Shown here: piece by piece, positions 19,684-28,950 of the stretch
How positions within the stretch are numbered: position 1 is the first letter of the stretch
How the letters are laid out: every line of letters begins with the position of its first letter
Assembly (NCBI GenBank): GCA_049419605.1
Contig: JBMSKF010000001.1
Coordinates: 13,253-77,252 of the forward strand
Source: Bacilli bacterium
GTDB lineage: Bacteria > Bacillota_I > Bacilli_A > RFN20 > CAG-826
Length of the DNA: 64,000 nucleotides
Reading direction: 5' to 3'
Translations under genes and position numbers: made by a program
Notes under the pieces: generated by a model
Database searches by the model: none
The model's input: only the letters and a program-made list of their open reading frames with translations
What the model was told of the DNA's origin: nothing

Positions 19684-20628
19684 ATGGCAAACGTAATCCA
19701 ATACAATACTAATCAAAGCTACCAATTTGATCAAAAACTCAAGGTTCAAAGAACGGGACAATTGCTTCGTAATATTGTTTTATATTCATTTTTAACCATC
19801 ATGGCATTTGTTGTCATTGTTCCTTTTTATTGGATGTTGAACGTTTCATTTCAAAGCAGTAATGAAGTTTTGAATTCTTTAAATGTTAGTTTTTTCCCAA
19901 AAGTATTTTCCCCACAAAACTATACGAATGTATTTTTATATAGTTCCGCCGCTCAAGGTAATATTGATTTTAGTCGATATTTGTTTAACACCGTTCTTGT
20001 TGCTTTTTTTACGACTTTAGGTGGGACGTTCTTTTCAATCCTTGTTGCCTTTGCTCTTGCACGCTTAAATTTCAAAGGGCGAGATTTAATTTTCACCATC
20101 CTGCTTGCGACGATGATGATTCCTGGAGAAATGTTGGTTATTTCTAACTTTGTAACGGTATCAAGACTAGGTTGGGTTAATGCTAATAATGCTGGTTCCT
20201 ATTTGGCGGTCATTATTCCATTTTTAGTTTCTATTTTTCACATCTATTTACTCAGACAAACGTTTAAACAAATCCCGAATGAGCTCTATTATGCAGCAAA
20301 GGTTGATGGTTGTACAGATTTTAAATATTTATGGAAAGTAATGGTTCCCATGGCGAAGTCTTCCATTGTAACCATTGTCATTCTCCGCGTAATGGGAACT
20401 TGGAATGCTTATATTTGGCAAGATATCGTCGCCAATGAAAAATATAAACTCGTGACAACATGGTTAAGAAGTTCCTTTGTGGACTTAGCCGATACTGGTT
20501 CAGGACGCGTGTTGACCAATTATCAAATGGCCGCAACTGTGATTGTTACAGTTCCGCTTTTATTACTCTTTATATTCTTCAGAAAATACATCATGAGCGG
20601 AGTTTCTCGTAGTGGCGTGAAGGGTTAA
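19684..20628 (+). CDS. Sugar ABC transporter permease (MalG/UgpE-like)
   Basis: permease fold; AAGGAG Shine-Dalgarno 6 nt upstream. Confidence 0.8.
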   Translation: MANVIQYNTNQSYQFDQKLKVQRTGQLLRNIVLYSFLTIMAFVVIVPFYWMLNVSFQSSNEVLNSLNVSFFPKVFSPQNYTNVFLYSSAAQGNIDFSRYLFNTVLVAFFTTLGGTFFSILVAFALARLNFKGRDLIFTILLATMMIPGEMLVISNFVTVSRLGWVNANNAGSYLAVIIPFLVSIFHIYLLRQTFKQIPNELYYAAKVDGCTDFKYLWKVMVPMAKSSIVTIVILRVMGTWNAYIWQDIVANEKYKLVTTWLRSSFVDLADTGSGRVLTNYQMAATVIVTVPLLLLFIFFRKYIMSGVSRSGVKG

Positions 20629-20695
20629 CAATTTCTTAACAAAAACATAACTTTACAATTGGGGACCATGTTATAATTTTCAAGGAGGAATTTGC

Positions 20696-22225
20696 ATGTT
20701 AGGTAAGTCATTTCAATTCAAAGCAATTGCGTTTGTTTCTTTAACGTTGTTGCTTGCTTCTTGTGAAACAAGACCGGGTAGTGAAAATTCAACTTCTTTA
20801 GATCAATCAACTAGCGAAACTTCTGGGGAAAGCACCAGTCAATCAAGTAGCGCCACTATTGATCCTAACGCTCCAAAAATCGTCAATTGGTACAATTTAC
20901 CCCAAGACACAGTGCTCGACACTAATACACCCGTCACCATTAATTTTTGGCATCGTATGGGTGCAAGTAGCCAAGCTATCGTCCAAAAATGGATTACTGA
21001 ATTTAAAGTTTTATACCCCCACATTACCGTAGTTGAAGAACGAGTCGCTAATGACTATACGGCGGTTGCTGATAAAGTTGCTTTATCGATTACTGCCGGA
21101 ACAGAACCTGATATTGTAGAAGGCTACCCTGATTCCGTTGCCCGATATGCTCAAGCAAAAGCACCCCTTGCCCTCAATAATTTTATCAATCATCCTGAAT
21201 ATGGTTTAACCCAAGAACAACAAGATGACTTTTTACCAGGGTTATGGGCAGAAGGTCGTAGTTACGATAATGCTGGCACCATCTTATCTTTACCATTCAC
21301 CAAATCAACTGAAGGTTTATTTTATAATGCACCTTATTTTGCACAACATGGATACGAAGTTCCGCAAACTTGGGACGAACTATTCGCCATTGCTGAAGAC
21401 ATTAAAGCAAGAGAACCCAATGCGATTCCATTTGGTTATGACTCCGAAGATAATCTTTTCATCACGGCGGCAAAGCAATGGGATGCCCCTTACACTGGTT
21501 ACAATGCGACGACTGGTCGAGGTGAAGTCTTATTCAACAACAATGATGCTAAAGACATGGTTAAGTACTTTAAAGATAAAGTCGATCGCGGTTTGATGAT
21601 CACCCGTTCATTAAATGCTGATGCTTATACCTCAGATATCTTTAAGACCAATCAACGTTTATATATGTATGTCGGTTCTACTGGCGGAACTCGTTACGCT
21701 TATATTGGTGCGAGTGCCTCCGTTTTTGATTCTGGTTATCGCGTCGGTGTTGCTCCATTACCATCTAAAACATTAGATCGTCCTGCGCAAATTCAACAAG
21801 GTCCAAACATCACCTTACTTCGAAAAGGTAATAATACCCAACGAATGCTTGCAGCTTGGTTATTTGCTAAATATATGACAGGTGCAACTCAAACTGCAGA
21901 ATTTTCAATCCCTTCAGGTTATGCGCCGATTCGTTTTTCTGCTTACGAAACAACGCTTTGGCAAAATTATGAAGCAACGATTGTTGCGAATCCAACGACT
22001 TCTGCTGAAGCGCAAAATAAACTTGTCAGAGAAGCCATTAATATGTTTTTAGAAAATAGTCAAAACTTCTTTACCTCGGCTGTCTTCAATCTAAGTTCGA
22101 AAACTCGTACTGAGGTTGGGGCGTTACTAGTGAAGATCTTTGCTTATGATTATTCTGATGAAGCAGATTTAAACAACTATATTAATACGCAGTTTAGTGA
22201 AAGTTACGACTTTATTGTTAACTAG
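20696..22225 (+). CDS. Extracellular solute-binding lipoprotein (sugar ABC, family 1)
   Basis: LLASC lipobox, Ser/Thr-rich linker, SBP_bac_1-like body; has its own TGtTATAAT promoter and GGAGG Shine-Dalgarno. Confidence 0.8.
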   Translation: MLGKSFQFKAIAFVSLTLLLASCETRPGSENSTSLDQSTSETSGESTSQSSSATIDPNAPKIVNWYNLPQDTVLDTNTPVTINFWHRMGASSQAIVQKWITEFKVLYPHITVVEERVANDYTAVADKVALSITAGTEPDIVEGYPDSVARYAQAKAPLALNNFINHPEYGLTQEQQDDFLPGLWAEGRSYDNAGTILSLPFTKSTEGLFYNAPYFAQHGYEVPQTWDELFAIAEDIKAREPNAIPFGYDSEDNLFITAAKQWDAPYTGYNATTGRGEVLFNNNDAKDMVKYFKDKVDRGLMITRSLNADAYTSDIFKTNQRLYMYVGSTGGTRYAYIGASASVFDSGYRVGVAPLPSKTLDRPAQIQQGPNITLLRKGNNTQRMLAAWLFAKYMTGATQTAEFSIPSGYAPIRFSAYETTLWQNYEATIVANPTTSAEAQNKLVREAINMFLENSQNFFTSAVFNLSSKTRTEVGALLVKIFAYDYSDEADLNNYINTQFSESYDFIVN

Positions 22226-22267
22226 GATTTGAAAAAACCACTCAAAAAACATAAAGGAGGTTAATTT

Positions 22268-25135
22268 ATGTCAAAGAAGTTTGGTTTAATGTCTGTATTA
22301 CTCGGTAGCATGTTACTTGTTGCTTGTGGAGAAACAGTTTCTTCCAGCACGCCAACAAGCACACCTACGAGCACAACGACTTCGACGGTTTCAAGTGCAA
22401 CGCCTTCGAGTTCTTCGAGTTCAAGTGTTGCTTCTTCTGAAATTGATGAAGCTCAGGAATTCTTGGATATTGCCTATGATAGTTTAGGTGGATTAATTGC
22501 TGATCCCTCTAATATTACTGCTGGTTTCCAAGTTCCCTCTAATCTCGCTAATGGTGTAACCGCCACATGGGCATCTGCAAACCCAGGCGTTTTGTCGTTT
22601 GGTCAACCCGCGCAAAACACTGGCTTGATTAATGCAGTTGTGAATCGTCCTAGCAACGGTGATGGTGATGCAAGATTTAATATCTCTTCAACTTTATCCA
22701 TTCCCGCCACATTAACAAGTGGTAATTTAACGAGAACTTGGACCCTTGAGGTGACGGTGAAGGAAAATGAAGTTCCTGATCTAGTTATCGAAAATGTTGA
22801 AGATATCTTGGCAATTCGCGATGTGGCTTATGACGGTACTTTAAACGTTACGCTCAATGACTTAACCATCATTGCTAAATCAGCAGGAGATGCTTTTGCT
22901 TATGATGGCACAGGGACCATTATGATTTATGGTGGTGCTGCTGCGTCTTTAGTCGTTGGAAGTGTTTACACGATTGCTGGTATTGCAGAATGGTATTTTG
23001 GTTTATGGGAAATCACTAATTCAACCGCTACCCTACAACCAGACTCTCAAGCTCAATTCCCAAATAAAGAAACCATTGATAGTGTTGATACCAAAGTCTC
23101 AGCCTTAGTTGCAGATGGAAAACATCTCTCTGCATTTGGTAATGCCGCTTCAGGCAATTTTGAACCAATCTATGCTTCATTAACTGGTAAAGTTTACATG
23201 ATTCCAAATGATACCGGTAACTATAACACTTGGATTCTTGATGATGAAAATACAGTTGGTTACTTACCAGGATCTGCAACCGCAGAAACGAAAACCCCTG
23301 CTAACGCCTTTATGCTTTATTATCAAACTCCAGACTTTAATTTAATCAGACAATATAACGGCATTGTCATTACCATTGATGTCATTATTTATACCTATCG
23401 TTCAAATAACCATGCCTTCGCAATTTACTATATTGGTGGTCCTAATGGCGTCAGCGCTATCTTAAGCGATGAACAAAAACAAAGCATTGATGCCAATGCA
23501 TTAAGTGTTCCAGCCACCATTTTAGAAGCGACTACCTTGACCTTACCAACCCAAGGTCAAAATGGTTCAACGATTGCTTGGACTTCTTCAAATAGCGCAG
23601 TGATTGATCCCACAACCGGCGTTGTGACCATTCCAGAATCTGCTCAAGCGATTACGTTAACTGCATCGGTGACTGTTGGCGAATTAGCCGCAGTTGTAAA
23701 AACATTTGTGGTCGTCGTAGGCTTACTTGAAAATACTAATTTAGCTGCTTTCGATGCTTTAGCAGTTAATGCAATTGCATATTCAGAAGTTAAAGTTTTA
23801 TGGAAAAATCCTTCTGGATCAAGTGCCGGTAAAACCTTTGTTGTTGGTGATGCAACTGGTTTTGCATACATCTTCAATAGCACTGTTCTCAATATTAACG
23901 TCGGTGACTTTGTTGGATTGAATTATAAAGTTGGTGTTTACCGTGGTTTAAATCAAATGACTGAAGTACAAGTTTTAACTCCAAAAGCTGAAACTGCTCC
24001 TTCCATTCCTAATCCAACTGTTTGGGATGCAACACAAGCAACCACTTGGGCAACCTCGGCAAAAATTTATGCAATGTATGTCACTTTTGAAAATGTCATC
24101 GGCTTCCAAAGTGGTAACTTTACGAACGGTTACTTACCAGGATTTGGTGTTCGTGAAATTCAATTAAATGGTTCCTCGAATGACTTACGTAATCAAAAGT
24201 TTAACGCAACGGGCTTCTTAATTGGTCGAAGCAGTGATGCCCCAGCAAATCGTATTACGCTCCAAGTTGAATCGGTTACAACAGCTACTGCACCTACCGA
24301 TGCAGAAATCTTAGCCTTAGCAACCCAACGTTATGTTGCCCCAGTTGCCAACGCTGAATTAACTGCGAACTTGACATTACCAACCACATACACACCAGTT
24401 GGTACAACTTTCGTAGCAAACCTTGCTTGGACTTCAAGCAACCCAGATGTCATTTCTAATACTGGTGTTGTGACACGTCCTGCATCTGGTCAACCTGACG
24501 CTAACGTGACCTTAAGCTATGTCATGTCAGTAGGTAACGAAGCCAATGCCGCAGTTGAAATCGCCTATACAGTTAAGGCTGCAGAAGCGGTTGCAATTCA
24601 AACTTTATTCACAAATGATTTTGGTACAGTTGCTAAAACCGGATATTCTGTTGGTAACATTATTTACACACCTACTGGCGGAACTGAAATTACAGCCGCA
24701 AAAGATCGCGTTCAAATTAATACATCTGCCACTGCACCCCATACATCAATGGGTGCATTTGCAGTCTTTGCGCCAATTAGTACCTATCCTATTTCTTATT
24801 TAGATATCAATTTCTCAAGTCTATCTGGAGCAGGAAAATTAGAATTAGACTATTCTGTTTGGAATAGCACTGCATTAGGTAACCTTACCAATACTGCCGT
24901 AGTATCAACTGCTTTATTGAAACTACAAACCTATAATGGAACAGAATGGGTAGATTTAGGTGATGCGTTTAATGTTATTGCAAACGCTAGCGCAACAGAA
25001 TACAAGAAGACTTCATTCACACTTAATGGAGCAGCTCAATATAGATTGGTTTACACAATTACAGGACCTGCGTTAGGCACTTCTAATACAGCTTATGCAT
25101 TAACTGTTGATAACTTAGTTGTAACTGATAGATAA
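22268..25135 (+). CDS. Large surface lipoprotein (955 aa) with three Ig-like/ABID-type repeats
   Basis: LLVAC lipobox, Ser/Thr/Pro linker; three copies of the L.....V.W.S.NP.V......G.VTRP......V.L.. motif. Confidence 0.7.
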   Translation: MSKKFGLMSVLLGSMLLVACGETVSSSTPTSTPTSTTTSTVSSATPSSSSSSSVASSEIDEAQEFLDIAYDSLGGLIADPSNITAGFQVPSNLANGVTATWASANPGVLSFGQPAQNTGLINAVVNRPSNGDGDARFNISSTLSIPATLTSGNLTRTWTLEVTVKENEVPDLVIENVEDILAIRDVAYDGTLNVTLNDLTIIAKSAGDAFAYDGTGTIMIYGGAAASLVVGSVYTIAGIAEWYFGLWEITNSTATLQPDSQAQFPNKETIDSVDTKVSALVADGKHLSAFGNAASGNFEPIYASLTGKVYMIPNDTGNYNTWILDDENTVGYLPGSATAETKTPANAFMLYYQTPDFNLIRQYNGIVITIDVIIYTYRSNNHAFAIYYIGGPNGVSAILSDEQKQSIDANALSVPATILEATTLTLPTQGQNGSTIAWTSSNSAVIDPTTGVVTIPESAQAITLTASVTVGELAAVVKTFVVVVGLLENTNLAAFDALAVNAIAYSEVKVLWKNPSGSSAGKTFVVGDATGFAYIFNSTVLNINVGDFVGLNYKVGVYRGLNQMTEVQVLTPKAETAPSIPNPTVWDATQATTWATSAKIYAMYVTFENVIGFQSGNFTNGYLPGFGVREIQLNGSSNDLRNQKFNATGFLIGRSSDAPANRITLQVESVTTATAPTDAEILALATQRYVAPVANAELTANLTLPTTYTPVGTTFVANLAWTSSNPDVISNTGVVTRPASGQPDANVTLSYVMSVGNEANAAVEIAYTVKAAEAVAIQTLFTNDFGTVAKTGYSVGNIIYTPTGGTEITAAKDRVQINTSATAPHTSMGAFAVFAPISTYPISYLDINFSSLSGAGKLELDYSVWNSTALGNLTNTAVVSTALLKLQTYNGTEWVDLGDAFNVIANASATEYKKTSFTLNGAAQYRLVYTITGPALGTSNTAYALTVDNLVVTDR

Positions 25136-25154
25136 ATTCAAATCTAAAATTTTT

Positions 25155-25183
25155 AAAAAGGGTGAAATTTCACCCTTTTTTTA
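25155..25183 (+). terminator. Rho-independent terminator
   Basis: aagggtgaaa/tttcaccctt hairpin followed by a T7 run. Confidence 0.75.
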
Positions 25184-25204
25184 ATTATTGTTTATAATTT
25201 CTTT

Positions 25205-26038
25205 ATGAAAATTAATCAACCCCATGTTAAATATATTATTTTCTTTTTCATCTCTATATTGATAACGATCCCAATAATTACCTTTTCACAAGCATCTAAA
25301 ACGGTTGATTTTCTTCGAGACCAAAAAACAAATTTAGTGAATAATCCAACGGCACTCATGGCAGCCACTGCAATCACACAATACCAAGGCGAAATGGATG
25401 CTTTTGTTATGCAGGATTCTTTAATCAGTGAAATTTACGCATCTGGTTTGAGTTCGATGAATTTTGAAATTTTTTCACTGACAACTTTCAATGATAATCA
25501 AGCCATCGACAAGCTCGCTTTTTATTTAACGAATGTTTATATTCAAGACGAATTAGCAGTACAAGATAATCAAGGAAATCTTTCAATTTTTATTGAAATT
25601 ATGTTTAATCAATCTATCAATCAATCAAATGAGAGAACCTATCAAATTCCTTTTGTCAGTGTATATGATGTTGAAACCTATTTAATATTCTTTGAGTATT
25701 CTCAATGGCAAAAAACGTTAGATACTCCTCTATTAATTGAGTCTATTTCGATTGAATATGAAGTAGACAATGCATCCTCGATCAGTACGATTTACCTACC
25801 ACCATCTAGATTTAGTCACTTAGATGAAAATCAATATCAGCCCTCATTGGTCTATCTTGATAATTATGATCAGAACGAAAATGTTTTTTACAATGCTAAC
25901 TTATTAATTCAATTTAAAAGTTATTGGTATTACGACCTTTACTTTTTAGGCGGAGAAATGATAGGTTTAGGTTTAATTTTTTGGTTGGTTTTTATTTTAC
26001 CGGCAAGAAATAGAACTAAAAAATCTAACCATCTTTAG
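25205..26038 (+). CDS. Hypothetical membrane-anchored protein
   Basis: N- and C-terminal transmembrane segments, no recognisable motif; ATG lies 8 nt after a TATAAT box (likely leaderless). Confidence 0.45.
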   Translation: MKINQPHVKYIIFFFISILITIPIITFSQASKTVDFLRDQKTNLVNNPTALMAATAITQYQGEMDAFVMQDSLISEIYASGLSSMNFEIFSLTTFNDNQAIDKLAFYLTNVYIQDELAVQDNQGNLSIFIEIMFNQSINQSNERTYQIPFVSVYDVETYLIFFEYSQWQKTLDTPLLIESISIEYEVDNASSISTIYLPPSRFSHLDENQYQPSLVYLDNYDQNENVFYNANLLIQFKSYWYYDLYFLGGEMIGLGLIFWLVFILPARNRTKKSNHL

Positions 26039-26060
26039 GGCTAATCGCTATAATTAAAGT

Positions 26061-27332
26061 ATGAAAAAATTCATTATCCTTTCCACCGTTTTATTAATGG
26101 CCTCTTGTGTTTCTTCAAGTGAACCATCCAGTTCATTAAATTCAAGTTCAACCTCAATTGAATTACCAAGTTCAGAAACGGTTATATTACCTAATCTTGT
26201 CTTTTCCAAAGTCATTACTGGCACTGCTTCACGTAACAATGTAATTGAGCTTTATAATGCCAGCGCATCCGTTGTTGATTTAAGCGATATTCGTCTTGAT
26301 TTCTACTCGAATGGAAGTTTAGAGGTAACGGCTTCGATTCCTTTACAAGGCATCATTGCAACTGAGGATTATTACATTATTGGTAGCGCCAATCAAACCA
26401 TTGAAAATTTAGCCATTAGTTTTGATTTAGTTTATCAAAATGGTTCTTTGCCTTTTAACGGGAACGATTACATGGAATTGGTTTATCAAACCTACCCAAT
26501 CGATGCGATGGGATACTTAGGTTCGGATTTAGATTATTCAAAAAATGTCACGATGATCCGTTTAGGAACCCTTGATCAATATCAAGCAAATCCTATCTAT
26601 CAAGACGAACAATTTATTCGATATATTCCAGATTATTTTCAAGCTTTGGGAAATGATAATCATCAAATTAAAACCTTTGACCAGTTATATGCTGGTCCTC
26701 AATTAGAGGAACGGTATAAAAATTTACCCTATGTCGAACCTGGAAGCACCACCACCGGTGGAGGGGGCGCAGTGATCACCTATAATTCCTCTGTTGCCGA
26801 TGGCGATACAGCTTTCTTCTCTGGTGGTAATGGATTTCCTGGTGGGTCTGTCCGATATTACTACATCAATACTCCTGAAGTTAACGGTAGTTATACCAAT
26901 GCTGAGCCTTGGGGATATGTCGCCAGTAAGTATCATAAAGAATTCATCATGAGAAACAAACAAAATTCAACATTTTATGTTCAATCAATTCCTGGTGGAG
27001 CATTAAAAGAAGTCAATGGTCGTAATTTAGGTCTTATCTGGGTGAATGGACAATTGGCCCAATTCCTTGTTGTCCGCGAAGGACTATCAGAAAACGTTGG
27101 TTTAGCTTATGGAGCAAGTGATTTAGCTCTTACGGACCGTGATGTCCCTTACTTAACCTTTTTACGATTTGCAGAACATCAAGCAAGGCTTAATGGTTGG
27201 GGTACAAAAGGATATCCTAATCAAGAAACTGGAGAAAAATCTCCTGATTGGAATTATCAAGCACAAGGTGGCCTTGGTGCATTAGCCACGACCAATCCGG
27301 TTTGGTTTCCCCATATCGAATTACCTTGGTAA
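26061..27332 (+). CDS. Membrane nuclease lipoprotein (lamin-tail domain + SNase/thermonuclease-like domain)
   Basis: LMASC lipobox; lamin-tail-domain-like segment (VFSKVITG...IELYNAS..DLS); SNase motifs DGDT, INTPE and an Arg/Glu catalytic pattern. Confidence 0.7.
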   Translation: MKKFIILSTVLLMASCVSSSEPSSSLNSSSTSIELPSSETVILPNLVFSKVITGTASRNNVIELYNASASVVDLSDIRLDFYSNGSLEVTASIPLQGIIATEDYYIIGSANQTIENLAISFDLVYQNGSLPFNGNDYMELVYQTYPIDAMGYLGSDLDYSKNVTMIRLGTLDQYQANPIYQDEQFIRYIPDYFQALGNDNHQIKTFDQLYAGPQLEERYKNLPYVEPGSTTTGGGGAVITYNSSVADGDTAFFSGGNGFPGGSVRYYYINTPEVNGSYTNAEPWGYVASKYHKEFIMRNKQNSTFYVQSIPGGALKEVNGRNLGLIWVNGQLAQFLVVREGLSENVGLAYGASDLALTDRDVPYLTFLRFAEHQARLNGWGTKGYPNQETGEKSPDWNYQAQGGLGALATTNPVWFPHIELPW

Positions 27333-27335
27333 TTG

Positions 27336-27362
27336 AAAAACCCGCATAAGCGGGTTTTTTAA
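27336..27362. terminator. Bidirectional Rho-independent terminator
   Basis: aaacccgc-ataa-gcgggttt flanked by an A-run and a T-run. Confidence 0.75.
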
Positions 27363-27368
27363 TTGAAC

Positions 27369-27453
27369 TGGTGCAGGTAGGGAGACTCGAACTCCCATGG
27401 GTTACCCCATACGCCCCTCAAACGTACGCGTCTACCAATTTCGCCATACCTGC
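27369..27453 (-). tRNA. tRNA-Leu (anticodon GAG)
   Basis: GCAGGUA acceptor stem, loop uuGAGgg, long variable arm, encoded CCA. Confidence 0.8.
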
Positions 27454-27485
27454 GCGAATAGTATTATAACCAAAGCCTACGAAAA

Positions 27486-28907
27486 TTAAAAGAAATTGAA
27501 TAAGAAGTTAGCGAGAACAAAGTAAATTAATAGGCTACTAAAATCGATAATTGTTGTTAAAAATGGTGAAGACATCACGGCAGGATCTTTTTTAAGTTTT
27601 AATGCAAGTAATGGAATCATACTACCAAGCATTTTAGAAAGGATAATTGCCAATAATAAGGTTAAACTCACCAGTCCTGAAATGCGTGTAATGAAGATCC
27701 ACCATGGCGTTGAATACATGGTTATTCCCATATCTAAAGGTAAGCGAATAAAACCTGTTGCTAACTCAATAAAGATAAAAAGAAAGGCAAACAAGGCAGT
27801 TAAAAATGCTGTGGATATTGATACTCTTAATTCCTTGCGAATCACAAAAAGAAAATCTTTTTCTGTAATTTCTTTTACTGCAATAGCGCGAGTAATAATC
27901 GCAACGGATTGGTTGCCTGTATTCCCACCCGTATTCATAATCCCAGGAATAAATGCAGTCAAAATCACTACACTTTCTAAGATTCCTTGAAATTGATTAA
28001 TGGTGAAAGTTGAAATCGCACCAATTACCATCAGTCCAAAAATCCATGGAATTGATTTCATCACGATTGCAAAAGGTTTAACTTGTCGGTATTGATCATC
28101 AAGGGGTTGAACTGCCGCCATCTTCAAAATATCTTCAGAAGCTTCTTTTTCAATGACATCAACAATATCGTCAATGGTGATAATGCCTACTAAATGGTTG
28201 GATTCATTCAAGACGGGAATAACCGATAAATCATAACGCTTAAACAATTGTGAAACTTCTTCCTGGTCGGTATGAACTTGGCAGGAAATGAAATCCTTAT
28301 TCATCACATCTTTTACCAATTGATCAGCATCATGGAACACAACATCTTCAATATAAATAATTCCCGTTAAAAAACGATGTTGATCAACAATAAAATTTGA
28401 ATAGATTGTTTCCTTATCTCGTCCAGTTTTTCTAATCTTCTCTAAGGCTTCACCAATGGTTGAGTTTTCTGGAATGGTAATATACTCAGTGGTCATAATA
28501 CTGCCGGCAGAATTGGGTTTATAGTTGAGTAACTGGTTGATTTCTTGTCTTAGGGAAGGATCGGCAACTTTAAGAATTTTTGAAACTAAATTTGCAGGCA
28601 TATCGGATAAAAAATCAGCGATATCATCCTGATAAGAGTGATTCAATAGTTCAATTAATTGTTTATCAGTGAAGATATGAATAAGATTTTCTTGTTGTTG
28701 CGTTGTTAAGTGTGAGAACAGTTCGGCAGTATGATCAGAATTACAAGTTCGGAAAATGAATAGTAATTCCTCTGGTGAATCAAGTTGGTTAACCAAAGTT
28801 GCTAAGTCGATAATTTGAAATCGATCGAAAAGCATTCTCAATTTATTCACATTTTTTTGCTTGAGATATTGCTTGAGGGTTTTAATTTGAATGAGTTTTG
28901 CTGACAT
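27486..28907 (-). CDS. mgtE: Magnesium transporter MgtE
   Basis: N-terminal domain, tandem CBS domains and a C-terminal MgtE transmembrane domain. Confidence 0.85.
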   Translation of the reverse strand: MSAKLIQIKTLKQYLKQKNVNKLRMLFDRFQIIDLATLVNQLDSPEELLFIFRTCNSDHTAELFSHLTTQQQENLIHIFTDKQLIELLNHSYQDDIADFLSDMPANLVSKILKVADPSLRQEINQLLNYKPNSAGSIMTTEYITIPENSTIGEALEKIRKTGRDKETIYSNFIVDQHRFLTGIIYIEDVVFHDADQLVKDVMNKDFISCQVHTDQEEVSQLFKRYDLSVIPVLNESNHLVGIITIDDIVDVIEKEASEDILKMAAVQPLDDQYRQVKPFAIVMKSIPWIFGLMVIGAISTFTINQFQGILESVVILTAFIPGIMNTGGNTGNQSVAIITRAIAVKEITEKDFLFVIRKELRVSISTAFLTALFAFLFIFIELATGFIRLPLDMGITMYSTPWWIFITRISGLVSLTLLLAIILSKMLGSMIPLLALKLKKDPAVMSSPFLTTIIDFSSLLIYFVLANFLFNFF

Positions 28908-28950
28908 ACCTTACTATTTTACTCTAATTCCGATAAAATAAATAAAGTAT

